Positions 37,102 to 47,398 of a stretch of DNA of 64,000 nucleotides are shown in pieces; position 1 is the stretch's first letter; every line of letters starts with the position of its first letter. The position numbers and the translations under genes were made by a program. Under the pieces are notes generated by a model that saw only the letters and a list, made by a program, of their open reading frames with translations, did not search any database and was not told the DNA's origin. Origin of the DNA: an uncultured Chloroflexia bacterium (GTDB lineage Bacteria; Chloroflexota; Limnocylindria; Limnocylindrales; CSP1-4); assembly GCA_963732805.1 (NCBI GenBank), contig CAVTAW010000001.1:406283-470282 (forward strand). The letters are read 5' to 3'.

Positions 37102-37605
37102 TCAGCCGGCCGGGCTCGCGGGGTCGACCGGCGGGCCGTCGCCCGCGATGACGCTGATCGCACCACTCGTCTCGAGCACCGCGAGCTCGGCGCCGCCGAC
37201 GTTCGCGACGCCGTGCTGGCGCAGGGCCGCGAGCAGCTCGTCCTCCGAGATGCCCTCCTGCTCGAGCGCCCGGCTGAGCAGGATCCCGTGCCGGATCAGC
37301 AGCCGCGGCTCGCCCTCGACCGCGCGGCGGACCCTGGATGAGCGGCTCTCGATCCGCCCAAGCAGGCGGTCCAGCACGACCAGCGTGAGCGCCGCCGCGA
37401 TCCCGGCGACCACGCTGGTGTTCGTGCCCACCATCGCGTTCTGGACCCCGTTCGCGATGAGCAGCAGCAGCGCCAGGTCGAGAATCGACAGCTGGCCCAC
37501 CTGGCGCTTGCCGGCCGCGCGGAGGATCACCAGGATCGCGACGTAGATGATCGCCGTGCGCGCGACGACCTCGAGCAGGCTCGAGCCGAGATCGGGGATG
37601 GTCAC
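37102..37605 (-). CDS. DUF421 (YetF-like) membrane protein
   Basis: 'GKRQVGQLSILDLALLLLIANGVQNA' N-terminal TM region with a YetF-type C-terminal domain. Confidence 0.7.
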   Translation of the reverse strand: MTIPDLGSSLLEVVARTAIIYVAILVILRAAGKRQVGQLSILDLALLLLIANGVQNAMVGTNTSVVAGIAAALTLVVLDRLLGRIESRSSRVRRAVEGEPRLLIRHGILLSRALEQEGISEDELLAALRQHGVANVGGAELAVLETSGAISVIAGDGPPVDPASPAG

Positions 37606-37694
37606 TGTGACGTCTCCAGGCGGGACCGCATGGCCCGGAATCTAGCGGCCGAGCCTCCCTTTCGCGCGGGCCGACGGACGCTATCCTCGCCGGG

Positions 37695-38684
37695 ATGGAC
37701 CGATCCGCCGCGAGCGATGTCGCCGAGCGCGCCATGCGCTCGACGCTGCTGACCCTCTCGCATCGCCGCTCGATCGGCCGGCTGGCCACGCGTGTGCCGG
37801 TGACGCGGCCCATGGTGCGACGGTTCGTCGCCGGCCAGACGCTCGACGAGGTCCTTCCGGCCATCGAGCGCCTGCACGCGCAGGGCATGCGCACCACCGT
37901 GGACGTCCTGGGCGAATCCGTCACGCGGGCGGAGGACGCGCGCGCCGCGGCCGGACGATACCTCGAGACGCTCGCGGCGCTGGCCGACCATGGCCTGGAC
38001 CGCAACGTGTCGCTCAAGCCCAGCCAGATGGGCCTCGCGATCGACCCCGGCCTGGCCCGCGAGAACATCGGCGCGATCGTCGCAAAGGCAGCCGAGACGG
38101 GCGCCTTCGTGCGGATCGACATGGAGGATCACACGACCACCGATGCCACGCTGGCGCTGTGGCGCGAGGTCCGGCCCGGACGGGCCGACGATGATCCAGG
38201 GCCCGGCGATGGCTGCGACGTGGGGATCGTCATCCAGTCGGCCCTGCGCCGGAGCGCCGGGGACGTCGAAGCGGTGATCGAAGCCGGGGGCCGGATCAGG
38301 CTGTGCAAGGGGGCGTACAAGGAACCGGCCGCCGTCGCGTTCGGCGACAAGGCCGAGGTGGACACGTCGTACGAGGCGCTGATGCTCCGCCTGCTGCGCG
38401 CGGGGCGGTATCCGGCGATCGCCACGCACGACGTCCGGCTGATCAAGCGGGCGATCGAGGTCGCCTCGGCCGAGGGGATCGCCCGGGACTCGTTCGAGTT
38501 CCAGATGCTCTACGGCGTCCGGCGCGATCTCCAGGAGCAGCTGGTGGGCGCCGGCTGGACCGTGCGCGTCTACGTCCCGTTCGGGGACAAGTGGTACCCG
38601 TACTTCATGCGTCGGCTGGCGGAGCGGCCGGCCAACGTCTCGTTCCTGATCCGGAACCTGTGGCGGGAGCGGGGCCGAGGCTGA
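37695..38684 (+). CDS. Proline dehydrogenase (PRODH)
   Basis: 'RFVAGQTLDEVL', 'LCKGAY', 'YGVRRDLQEQL', 'FMRRLAERPANVSF'. Confidence 0.85.
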   Translation: MDRSAASDVAERAMRSTLLTLSHRRSIGRLATRVPVTRPMVRRFVAGQTLDEVLPAIERLHAQGMRTTVDVLGESVTRAEDARAAAGRYLETLAALADHGLDRNVSLKPSQMGLAIDPGLARENIGAIVAKAAETGAFVRIDMEDHTTTDATLALWREVRPGRADDDPGPGDGCDVGIVIQSALRRSAGDVEAVIEAGGRIRLCKGAYKEPAAVAFGDKAEVDTSYEALMLRLLRAGRYPAIATHDVRLIKRAIEVASAEGIARDSFEFQMLYGVRRDLQEQLVGAGWTVRVYVPFGDKWYPYFMRRLAERPANVSFLIRNLWRERGRG

Positions 38685-38783
38685 TCGGGATCATCGCCGG
38701 CGCAGGGACCCGGGAATCCAAGAGCCGCCGGGTGGGCCCCCGGCGGCTCAAGGCCTCGGCGGTGTCTCGTTGAGGTGCCGGTC

Positions 38784-38882
38784 GCTACCAGCGCTTGGCC
38801 CCGTCGATCACGAAGAAGGCGGCGGCGATCGTGCCGAGGAACATGGTGGCGCGGTATGCGTACCACTTGAGGGTCGACTTCA
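38784..38882 (-). CDS. Candidate micro-ORF (32 aa, hydrophobic)
   Basis: MKSTLKWYAYRATMFLGTIAAAFFVIDGAKRW. GGGAACCGGG precedes the ATG. Shares the C-terminal 'GAKRW' with the micro-ORF at 28760. Confidence 0.3.
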
Positions 38883-39079
38883 TCCCGGTTCCCTTCGTCG
38901 GTCCGGCGAGCTGGGTCTCTCGCCTGGCGGATCACGAACGTAGTCCCTGCCACCGCCTCGCAGGTATGACCCGTTGGTACTGGTACCCCGTCGCCTTAAG
39001 GTGGGGGTATCGCCCGGAACACGGCGGCTGGATGCACGGCGGCGGCGCACGGAACGGCGACGCGGCGCATCATCGCGCC

Positions 39080-39880
39080 ATGCACGCTAGCCAGCCCGCG
39101 CCCGCCCTGCCGCCCCGTCCCGAGCTCCGTCGGCGGGTGCTGGGCGGCGAGACGACGATCGGGGCCTTTGTCAACCTCGGATCCCTGGCCGCCGCGGAGC
39201 TCACCGCCCGCGCCGGCTTCGACTGGGTCATCGTGGACCTGGAGCACGGCATGGGCTGGGAGACCGATCTCCACGCCCAGCTGCTCGCCGTGCAGGGCAC
39301 CCCGACCGCTGCGGTGGTGCGGGTCGCGTCGGCCGAGCGACTGCGCGTCGGGCGGGCCCTCGACATGGGCGCCGACGGCCTGATGATCCCGCGCCTGGAG
39401 ACCGTCGCTGAGGTGAACCAGACACTGGACTGGATGCGCTTCCCTCCGTCCGGGATCCGCGGCGTCGCGCTGCCCAATCGCGGCGGTGGCTACGGCGAGA
39501 TCACCCACGCCGATCTGCATCACCACAACGAGCGCCTGACGGGCGTGTTCCAGGTGGAATCCCCGGCGGCGGTCGACGCCTCGTCCGACCTCGCCGCCAT
39601 CGACGGCGTGGACGTGCTGTTCGTGGGCCCGGCCGACCTGTCGCACGCGATGGGCATCCCCGGGCGCTTCGACGAGCCGCCGTTCGTCGCGGCGCTGGAT
39701 CGCGTCGTTGCCGCCTGCCGGGCACACGGCAAGGCCGCCGGGATCCTGCTCCGCGACGCGAGCGCGCTGCCGGCGGCGCTGGCGCAGGGCTTCACGTTTG
39801 TCGGGATCGGCTCCGATTCGTCGTTCCTCGTCGGCGGCGCGCGCAGGAACCTCGATCAGGCACGCGCCGCGCTCGGCTGA
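39080..39880 (+). CDS. HpcH/HpaI-family aldolase (2-keto-3-deoxy-acid aldolase)
   Basis: 'GGETTIGAFVNLGSLAAAELTARAGFDWVIVDLEHG', 'ESPAAVDASSDLAAIDGVDVLFVGPADLS'. Start is uncertain (ATG 39080 or 39032). Confidence 0.75.
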   Translation: MHASQPAPALPPRPELRRRVLGGETTIGAFVNLGSLAAAELTARAGFDWVIVDLEHGMGWETDLHAQLLAVQGTPTAAVVRVASAERLRVGRALDMGADGLMIPRLETVAEVNQTLDWMRFPPSGIRGVALPNRGGGYGEITHADLHHHNERLTGVFQVESPAAVDASSDLAAIDGVDVLFVGPADLSHAMGIPGRFDEPPFVAALDRVVAACRAHGKAAGILLRDASALPAALAQGFTFVGIGSDSSFLVGGARRNLDQARAALG

Positions 39881-39937
39881 TCGGCAACCCGCGCAGGCAG
39901 CGTCGCGCGGTTCGACCGCGGACCGGCGGCCGGCCCG

Positions 39938-40938
39938 TCACTCCTCGGCCAGGTGCACCAGCGGTTGCGGCAGGGTCGGGACCGCGTCCTGACCGTCACG
40001 AGCACCGGTGCCGCGCGCGCGTCCAGTCTGGGACAGGACGACTCCGGCCAGGATCAGGGTGCCGCCGACCAGCTGGACCGGCTGCAGGCGCTCGCCGTAG
40101 ATCACGGCTGCGGCCGCGATCGTCCACAGCGGCTCGACCGTGGATACCAGCGAAGCCTGCGCCGCCCCGATCCGCTGCGCGCCCGCGTAGAAGGCCTGCA
40201 CCGGGATGAACCCGGCGATCACGGCCACGCCCACGATCCCGGGCCACGCGTCGGGCGCCACCTCCGCGGGCAGGACGGGGTGGCCGACCGCGAGCGCCGC
40301 CAGCCAGTAGGCTCCCGCCGTGGAGCTGAGCATCACCGCCCCGATCGCGGACGCGTTGGCGCCGTCCGCCGCCTCGCGGCCCACCCGGTCGGTGCGCTCC
40401 CCGGAGTGACGAGCGGCGAGGATGATCCAGACCGCGTAGAGCAGGGGAGCCGCCACGATGAGCAGCAGCCCCTCGACGGGCGGCGCGGCCGACGGATCGA
40501 TGCCACCGACCGCGAGGCCGACGCCGAGCACCGCGATGCCCAGCGCCGTCCACGCCCGACGACCCTGCAGCGGCCGCCCCAGCCGGAGCGCCAGCACCGC
40601 GACCACCGGCGGGTACAGGTACACGATCAGCGCCGACAGGCCCAGCGGCACCGTCTGGATCGCCGCGTAGTAGGTGGCCGTGTTGCCGACGTACAGGACC
40701 CCCAGCCCGATCGTCGCCAGGAGCGTCCGCCGGGGAAGCGCGGCCAGGGCCCGGCGGGCCGCGGGCCGGAACGCGAGCACCACCCACGCGAGGCCGCCGG
40801 CGATCGCGAACCGCCAGGCCATCAGCGTCAGCCAGTCCACGCCCGCCGCATAGACCGGCTTGGCGAACAGGCCGCCCGAACCGAAGGCGATGGCGCTGAC
40901 CACGATCAGGCTGATGCCGGCGATGCGGGTGCGGTCCA
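39938..40938 (-). CDS. EamA/DMT-family transporter
   Basis: 10 TM helices with duplicated EamA halves. GTG start with GAGGAG 5 nt upstream; the upstream 137 aa of the track ORF rejected. Confidence 0.8.
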
Positions 40939-41066
40939 CCGGGTGCTCCTCTGTCGGGACGACCGCCGCGAGGGTATCCGAGGTTCCCGTCCACGTGCCG
41001 CGGGCGGATGCGCCCTCGCTATCGCCGCAACCGCCCGATCCCGCGCGTCCGCGTACACTGGGCGAC

Positions 41067-41579
41067 GTGACTGAACTCACCGAGCGCGCCATTGTCGCGC
41101 GCGTTCCAGACCTCGTCGCCCAACCCCTCATGGTCGTGGGTCGCCGGGAGCCCGTGACCGTCCTGCCGGGCACCACGCTCGGCGTGTGCCTGCGGGCGAT
41201 CCAGCGCACCGGTACCGGCGATTCGGTGTTCGTCACCGACGCGGACGGCTGTCTCGTGGGCGTGCTCACGGAGCGGGATGCCTTCGGTCGCCTGGTCGGC
41301 CCCGACGTTGCCGCGGGCGTCGACGTGGATGCCCCCGTCGAGACCTTCATGAATACCGAGCCACGGACGCTCAGGCTCGACCAGACGGTTCGCGACGCGA
41401 TCGAGCTGATGCAGTCGCCCCGTTACCGGAACCTGCCCGTGATCGACGAGGAGCGTCACCTCGTCGGCGTCGTCCGCCAGGTGGACATCCTCAAGTTCCT
41501 CGCTGAGTCGTTCCCCGAGGAGCTGCTCAATCTCCCACCCCGACCGCACCAGCGGATGGAGCAGGCCGAAGGCGGATGA
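41067..41579 (+). CDS. CBS-domain pair protein
   Basis: Two CBS motifs ('VTVLPGTTLGVCLRAIQRTG...VFVTDADGCLVGVLTERD', 'LRLDQTVRDAIELMQSPRYRNLPVIDEERHLVGVV'). Confidence 0.7.
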   Translation: MTELTERAIVARVPDLVAQPLMVVGRREPVTVLPGTTLGVCLRAIQRTGTGDSVFVTDADGCLVGVLTERDAFGRLVGPDVAAGVDVDAPVETFMNTEPRTLRLDQTVRDAIELMQSPRYRNLPVIDEERHLVGVVRQVDILKFLAESFPEELLNLPPRPHQRMEQAEGG

Positions 41580-43438
41580 CGACCACAGGCGAACGGGTCG
41601 AGCACGACGTCCAGGAGCTCGACCGGGTCACGATCCGGTTTGCCGGCGACTCCGGCGACGGGATGCAGCTGACCGGCACGCAGTTCACGCGCACCGCCGC
41701 GGTGTTCGGCAACGATGTCAGCACCTTCCCGGACTACCCGGCCGAGATCCGGGCGCCGGCAGGGTCGCTGCCGGGGGTGTCCGGGTTCCAGATCAGCTTC
41801 TCGGCATCGGACATCCACACGCCGGGTGATGCGCCGGATGTCCTCGTCGCCATGAACCCTGCCGCGCTCAAGACCAACGTCGGCGACCTCCCGGCAGGCG
41901 GAGCGTTGATCGTCAACAGCGACGCGTTCACGCCCGCCAACCTGAACAAGGCCGCCTACGCGACCAACCCGCTCACCGATGGCTCGCTCAAGCAGTACAC
42001 GGTGTTCCAGGTCCAGATCAGCACCCTCAACTCGCGAGCGCTCGAGGGGCTGGAGATGACCGGCAAGCAGATCGACCTGACCAAGAACTTCTTCGCCCTG
42101 GGCCTGATGTTCTGGCTGTACGAGCGGTCGATGGATCCGACGATCGAGTGGATCGACGAGAAGTTCTCGGCACGCCCCGTCATCGCCGAGGCCAACCGGC
42201 GCGCCCTCAAGGCCGGCTATGCCTACGGCGAGACCACCGAGATGTTCCACACCACCTACCGCGTGCCCAAGGCGCGTCTTGCGCCCGGCCTGTACCGGAA
42301 CATCACGGGCAACGAGGCGACCGGCCTCGGCTTCCTGGCGGCCGCGCTGCTCGCGAAGCGTCCGTTGTTCTACGGCTCGTACCCGATCACGCCGGCCTCG
42401 GACATCCTCCACCAGCTGTCGGGTTACAAGCACTTCGGGGTCAAGGCGTTCCAGGCCGAGGACGAGATCGCAGCCATGGGCGCCACGATCGGCGCGGCCT
42501 ATGGCGGCGCGCTGGCGCTCACCGGAACGTCCGGCCCGGGCGTCGCCCTCAAGACCGAGGCGATGGGCCTGGCCGTGATGACCGAGCTGCCCATGGTCGT
42601 CATCAACGTCCAGCGGGCCGGCCCGTCCACCGGCATGCCGACGAAGGTGGAGCAGGCCGACCTGTTCCAGGCGATGTTCGGCCGGAACGGGGAGTCGCCG
42701 ATGCCGATCGTCGCCCCGGCGACGCCGGGCGACTGCTTCTCGATGGCGATCGAGGCGTCGCGGATCGCGCTCAAGTACATGACCCCGGTGATGTACCTCT
42801 CGGACGCGTTCGTGGCCAACGGCGCCGAACCGTGGCACGTCCCGGCGCTCGACGAGCTGCCTGACATCTCGGTCCCCAACGCCGTCAGCGGGGAAGGCAC
42901 GTTCCTTCCCTACGCCCGAGACCCGGACACGCTGGCCCGCCCGTGGGCGGTGCCGGGCACGGCGGGGCTGGAGCACCGGATCGGCGGTCTCGAGAAGGCC
43001 GACGGCCTGGGCAACGTCAGCTACGACCCGGAGAACCACCAGCACATGTCGGAGCTCCGCGCCCGCAAGATCGCGGGCATCGCGGATGACATCCCGCCGC
43101 TCGAGACGTTCGGCTCCGACGAGGGCGACCTGCTGATCCTCGGCTGGGGCTCCACCTACGGCGTGCTGCGCAGCGCCGTGGAGCGGCTGCACCAGTCGGG
43201 CCGCTCGGTCGCGCACGCGCACCTGCGGTACCTCAACCCGTTCCCGGCCAACACCGCGGATGTCCTGGGGCGCTACCGCCGGATCCTGGTCCCGGAGATC
43301 AACCTGGGCCAGCTGTCGTTCATCCTCCGGGGCACCTATCTGGTCGATGCCATCAGCTACGGGCGCGTCCGGGGCAAGCCGTTCCGGATCTCCGAGATCA
43401 TCGAGGAAGCCGAGCGAATCCTCGGCGCAGGTGCATGA
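41576..43438 (+). CDS. korA: 2-oxoacid:ferredoxin oxidoreductase alpha subunit (KorA-type)
   Basis: Full-length KorA-like (620 aa); ATG overlaps the CBS stop (ATGA). Confidence 0.9.
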   Translation: MTTTGERVEHDVQELDRVTIRFAGDSGDGMQLTGTQFTRTAAVFGNDVSTFPDYPAEIRAPAGSLPGVSGFQISFSASDIHTPGDAPDVLVAMNPAALKTNVGDLPAGGALIVNSDAFTPANLNKAAYATNPLTDGSLKQYTVFQVQISTLNSRALEGLEMTGKQIDLTKNFFALGLMFWLYERSMDPTIEWIDEKFSARPVIAEANRRALKAGYAYGETTEMFHTTYRVPKARLAPGLYRNITGNEATGLGFLAAALLAKRPLFYGSYPITPASDILHQLSGYKHFGVKAFQAEDEIAAMGATIGAAYGGALALTGTSGPGVALKTEAMGLAVMTELPMVVINVQRAGPSTGMPTKVEQADLFQAMFGRNGESPMPIVAPATPGDCFSMAIEASRIALKYMTPVMYLSDAFVANGAEPWHVPALDELPDISVPNAVSGEGTFLPYARDPDTLARPWAVPGTAGLEHRIGGLEKADGLGNVSYDPENHQHMSELRARKIAGIADDIPPLETFGSDEGDLLILGWGSTYGVLRSAVERLHQSGRSVAHAHLRYLNPFPANTADVLGRYRRILVPEINLGQLSFILRGTYLVDAISYGRVRGKPFRISEIIEEAERILGAGA

Positions 43439-44484
43439 CCATGACCCAGCAGATGACCGGCCCGGCCGGGACCCAGCCCATCACCCTCACCCGGAAGGAC
43501 TTCGTGTCCGACCAGGAGGTGCGCTGGTGCCCGGGCTGTGGCGACTACTCGATCCTCGCCCAGACCCAGAAGGTCATGCCGGACTTCGGCGTCCCGCGCG
43601 AGAACATCGTGTTCATCTCCGGGATCGGCTGCTCCGGCCGCCTCCCGTACTACATGAACACGTACGGGTTCCACTCGATCCACGGCCGCGCCCCGACCCT
43701 GGCCACGGGCCTCAAGATTGCGCGGCCCGAGCTCATGGTGTGGGTGATCACGGGGGACGGGGACGCGCTGTCCATCGGGGGCAACCACTTCCTGCACTCC
43801 ATGCGCCGGAACGTGGACTTCACGATGGTCATGCACAACAATCGGATCTACGGCCTGACCAAGGGCCAGACCTCGCCCACGTCCGAGTTCGGCAAGCGCA
43901 CCAAGTCGACGCCGTTCGGCTCGGTGGACCGGCCCATGATGCCGCTCACGCTGGCGCTGGCCGCGGAGGCCACCCTCGTGGCGCGGACGGTCGACACCCA
44001 CACCGAGCACCTCCAGCACACCCTTGAGGCGGCGGGCCGCCACCGCGGTGCTTCCTACGTCGAGGTCCTCCAGAACTGCAACATCTTCAACGACGGGGCC
44101 TGGCGTGAGTTCACCGAGCGTGACGTCCGCGACGACCGGATGCTCCTGCTCGAGCATGGCCAGCCCATGATCTTCGGCAAGGAGCGGGACAAGGGCATCC
44201 GCCTGCGGGGCCTGCACCCCGAGGTCGTCACGATCGGCAAGGACGGGGTCAGCGAGGACGACCTGCTCGTGCACGACGCCCACGCCGAGGATCCCTATCT
44301 CGCGCTCATCCTGTCGCGCATGTTCTGGCCCGAGTTCCCGGTGCCGGTCGGCGTGCTGCGGGAGGTCAGCCGACCCACCCACTCCGACCTCGTCGACGCC
44401 CAGATCCAGCAGGCGATCGAGAAGTCGGGTGAGGGCAATCTCGCCGAGGTCCTCCTGGCCGGCGAGACCTGGACCGTCGAGTAG
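43435..44484 (+). CDS. korB: 2-oxoacid:ferredoxin oxidoreductase beta subunit (TPP-binding, KorB-type)
   Basis: 'RWCPGCGDYSI', 'ISGIGCSGR', TPP motif 'VITGDGDALSIGGNHF...HNN'. ATG overlaps the korA stop. Confidence 0.9.
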   Translation: MTMTQQMTGPAGTQPITLTRKDFVSDQEVRWCPGCGDYSILAQTQKVMPDFGVPRENIVFISGIGCSGRLPYYMNTYGFHSIHGRAPTLATGLKIARPELMVWVITGDGDALSIGGNHFLHSMRRNVDFTMVMHNNRIYGLTKGQTSPTSEFGKRTKSTPFGSVDRPMMPLTLALAAEATLVARTVDTHTEHLQHTLEAAGRHRGASYVEVLQNCNIFNDGAWREFTERDVRDDRMLLLEHGQPMIFGKERDKGIRLRGLHPEVVTIGKDGVSEDDLLVHDAHAEDPYLALILSRMFWPEFPVPVGVLREVSRPTHSDLVDAQIQQAIEKSGEGNLAEVLLAGETWTVE

Positions 44485-44497
44485 GCAGGTTCGAACG

Positions 44498-45001
44498 ATG
44501 CTCTGTCCCGTCTGTCACCACGACAACTTCGAGGGCGAGGACACCTGCGCCAACTGCGGCGCGGACCTGTCCACCTCCGACGTCCCCCAGCAGCTCGACG
44601 ACTACCACGACACGGTGCTGGGCGAGCACCTCGACGCGCTGGGCATCGGCTCCCCCCTGGTGATCGAACCGGGCATGGCGGTCGCCGATGCCATCCGGCA
44701 GATGCACGAGAGCGGGGTTGACTGCCTGCTGGTATGCGAGGACGAGCGCCTGGTCGGGGTGTTCACGGATCGCGACGCCTTCGTGAAGGCGGTCGACAAG
44801 CGCCTGGGCCTGTTCAAGGTCCGCGACTTCATGACCCCCGACCCCGTGGTCCTGCGGCGCGACGACACGCTCGCGGTCGCGATCCACAAGATGGCCGTCG
44901 GCGAGTTCCGCCACATCCCGATCGTGGACGACGAGCACCATCCGCTGGGCGTCGTGTCTGCCGCGGACGTGTTCCGGGACATCATCACGTCGCTGGGGTG
45001 A
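44498..45001 (+). CDS. Zinc-ribbon + CBS-pair protein
   Basis: 'MLCPVCHHDNFEGEDTCANCG' followed by two CBS motifs. Confidence 0.75.
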   Translation: MLCPVCHHDNFEGEDTCANCGADLSTSDVPQQLDDYHDTVLGEHLDALGIGSPLVIEPGMAVADAIRQMHESGVDCLLVCEDERLVGVFTDRDAFVKAVDKRLGLFKVRDFMTPDPVVLRRDDTLAVAIHKMAVGEFRHIPIVDDEHHPLGVVSAADVFRDIITSLG

Positions 45002-45396
45002 ACGCCGGCACCGATCGGCCCAGGCCCCGGGTCGCGATCCTCGCCGACGACCTGATCTGGGCAACCCGCTTGGCCGACGGCCTTCGGCGCGCCGGGGGCG
45101 AGCCGGTGTCCGTCCGCAGCATTCCGGCGCTCGTGGCGTCGCTGCCGTCCGTCGCGGGGTGCCTGGTCGACCTGACGGCCCGGGGCTACGACGGGATCGC
45201 GGCGATCGGGACCGCCGCGCGTGCCGGAGTCGCGGTGATCGCCGTGGGTCAGCACGATGATGCACCGGCCCGGCGTGCGGCACGGGCAGCCGGCGCCGGT
45301 CGCGTCCACGCCTACCGGACCCTGTTCGAGCACGGTGACCGGGAGCTGAGCAGCTGGATCGCCACGATCTCGGGATCGAGCGAGGTGGTCCGGTGA
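44998..45396 (+). CDS. Receiver-like (degenerate CheY-fold) domain protein
   Basis: GTG overlaps the upstream stop (GTGA). 'RVAILADDLIWATRLADGL...GCLVDLTARGYDG...VAVIAVGQHDD' has alternating beta/alpha periodicity, but the conserved Lys is not evident. Confidence 0.45.
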   Translation: MNAGTDRPRPRVAILADDLIWATRLADGLRRAGGEPVSVRSIPALVASLPSVAGCLVDLTARGYDGIAAIGTAARAGVAVIAVGQHDDAPARRAARAAGAGRVHAYRTLFEHGDRELSSWIATISGSSEVVR

Positions 45397-46568
45397 GCGA
45401 TCACCGGCGGATCCCGGCCGAGCGTCATGCGGCCCGGCTGGCCGCCGCCCGGGCCGCGGCGCTCGACGCCGGCCTCGACGCCCTGCTGGTGGGCGTGGGG
45501 GCCGACCTGCGCTACCTGGCCGGGTACGACGCGCTGCCGCTCGAGCGGCTCACGCTCTTGGTGCTGCCGGCGCATCCGACGGCGCCCGCGACCCTCATCG
45601 CACCACGGCTCGAGGCGACGCCGGCCCGGACCTGCCCGGCTGCGACCGTGCAGGCGGTCAGCGTGGCGACCTGGGAGGAGACCGGGGATCCGATGGCCCT
45701 GGTGCGGGAGCGCCTGACCGCGGCACTCGGGCGCGAGGCCGACGGGATCCGGGCCGTAGCCGTGTCCGACGGCCTGCGCGCCGCCTTCGTCCTGGGTCTC
45801 CAGCACGTGCTGCCGGCCGCGACGTTCTCGGTGTCATCCGCGGTGCTGCGGACGCTCAGGATGCGCAAGGACGACGATGAAGTGGCGCTGTTGCGCCAGG
45901 CTGCCCTGGCGGCCGACCGGGTGGTGGCAGCGATCGCCGCGGGTCCGCTGGTGGGCCGGACGGAGGCCGATGTCGCGCGAGAGGTCAGGGACCGGCTGAT
46001 CGCCGAAGGCCACGACCGCGCCGAGTTCTGGATCATCGCCTCCGGCCCCAACAGCGCGTCCCCGCACCACGAGCCGGGCGACCGGGTGATCCGGGCCGGC
46101 GAGCCGATCGTGATCGACATCGGCGGCACCCTGGGTGGCTATGGCAGCGACATCACGCGCACCGTGTGGGTGACGGGCGGCGACCCGGCGAACGGGCCCG
46201 ACGACCCGTACCGTCACCTCTACGGGGTGCTCCAGGGAGCACAGGAGGCGGCGACCGGGGCGGTCCGGCCGGGTGTCCCGGCCGAGCGCATCGACGCGGT
46301 CGCACGGGGGATGATCGCGGAGGCCGGCTACGGACCCGCCTTCCTCCACCGCACGGGCCATGGCATCGGCCTCGAGGGTCACGAGGACCCCTACCTGGTC
46401 GCCGGCAACGCCGAACCGCTCGCGCCCGGCATGGTGTTCAGCATCGAGCCCGGGATCTACCTCGAGGGTCGCTACGGGGCGAGGATCGAGGACATCGTCG
46501 TGTGCGGGGAGAGCGGCCCGATCGTGCTCAACGAGCTGCGTCGGGACCTGCTCGTGGTGGCCGGCTGA
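45393..46568 (+). CDS. M24-family Xaa-Pro aminopeptidase/dipeptidase
   Basis: Pita-bread metal ligands in 'IVIDIGGTLGGYGSDITRT', 'HRTGHGIGLEGHE', 'FSIEPGIY', 'ARIEDIVV'. GTG overlaps the upstream stop. Confidence 0.85.
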   Translation: MSDHRRIPAERHAARLAAARAAALDAGLDALLVGVGADLRYLAGYDALPLERLTLLVLPAHPTAPATLIAPRLEATPARTCPAATVQAVSVATWEETGDPMALVRERLTAALGREADGIRAVAVSDGLRAAFVLGLQHVLPAATFSVSSAVLRTLRMRKDDDEVALLRQAALAADRVVAAIAAGPLVGRTEADVAREVRDRLIAEGHDRAEFWIIASGPNSASPHHEPGDRVIRAGEPIVIDIGGTLGGYGSDITRTVWVTGGDPANGPDDPYRHLYGVLQGAQEAATGAVRPGVPAERIDAVARGMIAEAGYGPAFLHRTGHGIGLEGHEDPYLVAGNAEPLAPGMVFSIEPGIYLEGRYGARIEDIVVCGESGPIVLNELRRDLLVVAG

Positions 46569-46711
46569 CGGCTCGTGAGACGGGTGTCCGACGGCGGGGT
46601 CGGCACGCCGGAGGTATCATCCCCCGATCGGTCCAATGCGGGTGATCGGCCCACGGCCGGGCCGACGCCAGAGCCCATCATGTCCAACCGTCACGCGCGA
46701 GCCCCCCGCTC

Positions 46712-47389
46712 GTGCCGTCTCCGAACATGAGCCGACGCGGTCGGCACGGTCGGTATCCGCACGCCTCGCCCGCGCCACGGCAGGCGCGTCCGAGCGCGCC
46801 CCCGTCCGAGCGCGCAGCCCCGCCGATGAGCGATGTCGGCGCCCAGGCTGACGTCGAACCGCGGGAGGCGGCGGCGCTGCCATCCGTCAAGGTGCCGGTC
46901 ACCGTCGCACCCGATCCGGTCCAGGCGACGTCCGGCGCCGTCGCGGCGCCGGCGGATGCATCCGGGTGGACCGATGATCGCGAGCGCGAGCACCTGAGAC
47001 CGCACGGCTCGGCGCCACCCACGCCCTCCGCACCCGCGCGGGGCGGCGGACCGGCCACGATGGCGCCCCCGGCCACCACCGACGGCAGGCATGAGGAGCC
47101 ACCGGCGCGTCCGACGTGCACGGTCGCCCAGCTTCGGCGGTTCATCAAGAGCCGGCCGTGGGTGCCGATGCATGAGCTGCGGCGACGGTTCGGGATCAAC
47201 GGCGACGAGGACGACGTGACCCCGATCGTGGTCGGTGGCCAGCGCCTGTACATCGGGCTCCCCGGCGCCGAGGGCCGGCTCATCGCCGAGCTGCTGTCGG
47301 GCGGCGACGTGGGCTACGAGCTGTCGCTCGACCCGACCGTCCCGATCGTGGTGGGGGTCTACCCGATGCGCCCGGTGCCGCGCTCCTGA
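46712..47389 (+). CDS. Hypothetical protein (disordered Pro/Ala/Arg-rich N-terminus, ordered ~90-aa C-terminal domain)
   Basis: Only the C-terminal 'CTVAQLRRFIKSRPWVPMHELRRRFGI...VGVYPMRP' looks like a structured domain. Start is uncertain. Confidence 0.35.
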   Translation: MPSPNMSRRGRHGRYPHASPAPRQARPSAPPSERAAPPMSDVGAQADVEPREAAALPSVKVPVTVAPDPVQATSGAVAAPADASGWTDDREREHLRPHGSAPPTPSAPARGGGPATMAPPATTDGRHEEPPARPTCTVAQLRRFIKSRPWVPMHELRRRFGINGDEDDVTPIVVGGQRLYIGLPGAEGRLIAELLSGGDVGYELSLDPTVPIVVGVYPMRPVPRS

Positions 47390-47398
47390 CCGCCGACC

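Noticed and set aside
34858-38122. Long minus ORFs (34858..36249, 36173..38122) and plus ORFs 35110.., 35372.., 35385..
   Set aside because: Antisense or out-of-frame to BtuF-like, MTase-like, proC, DUF421 and PRODH genes, with low-complexity translations.
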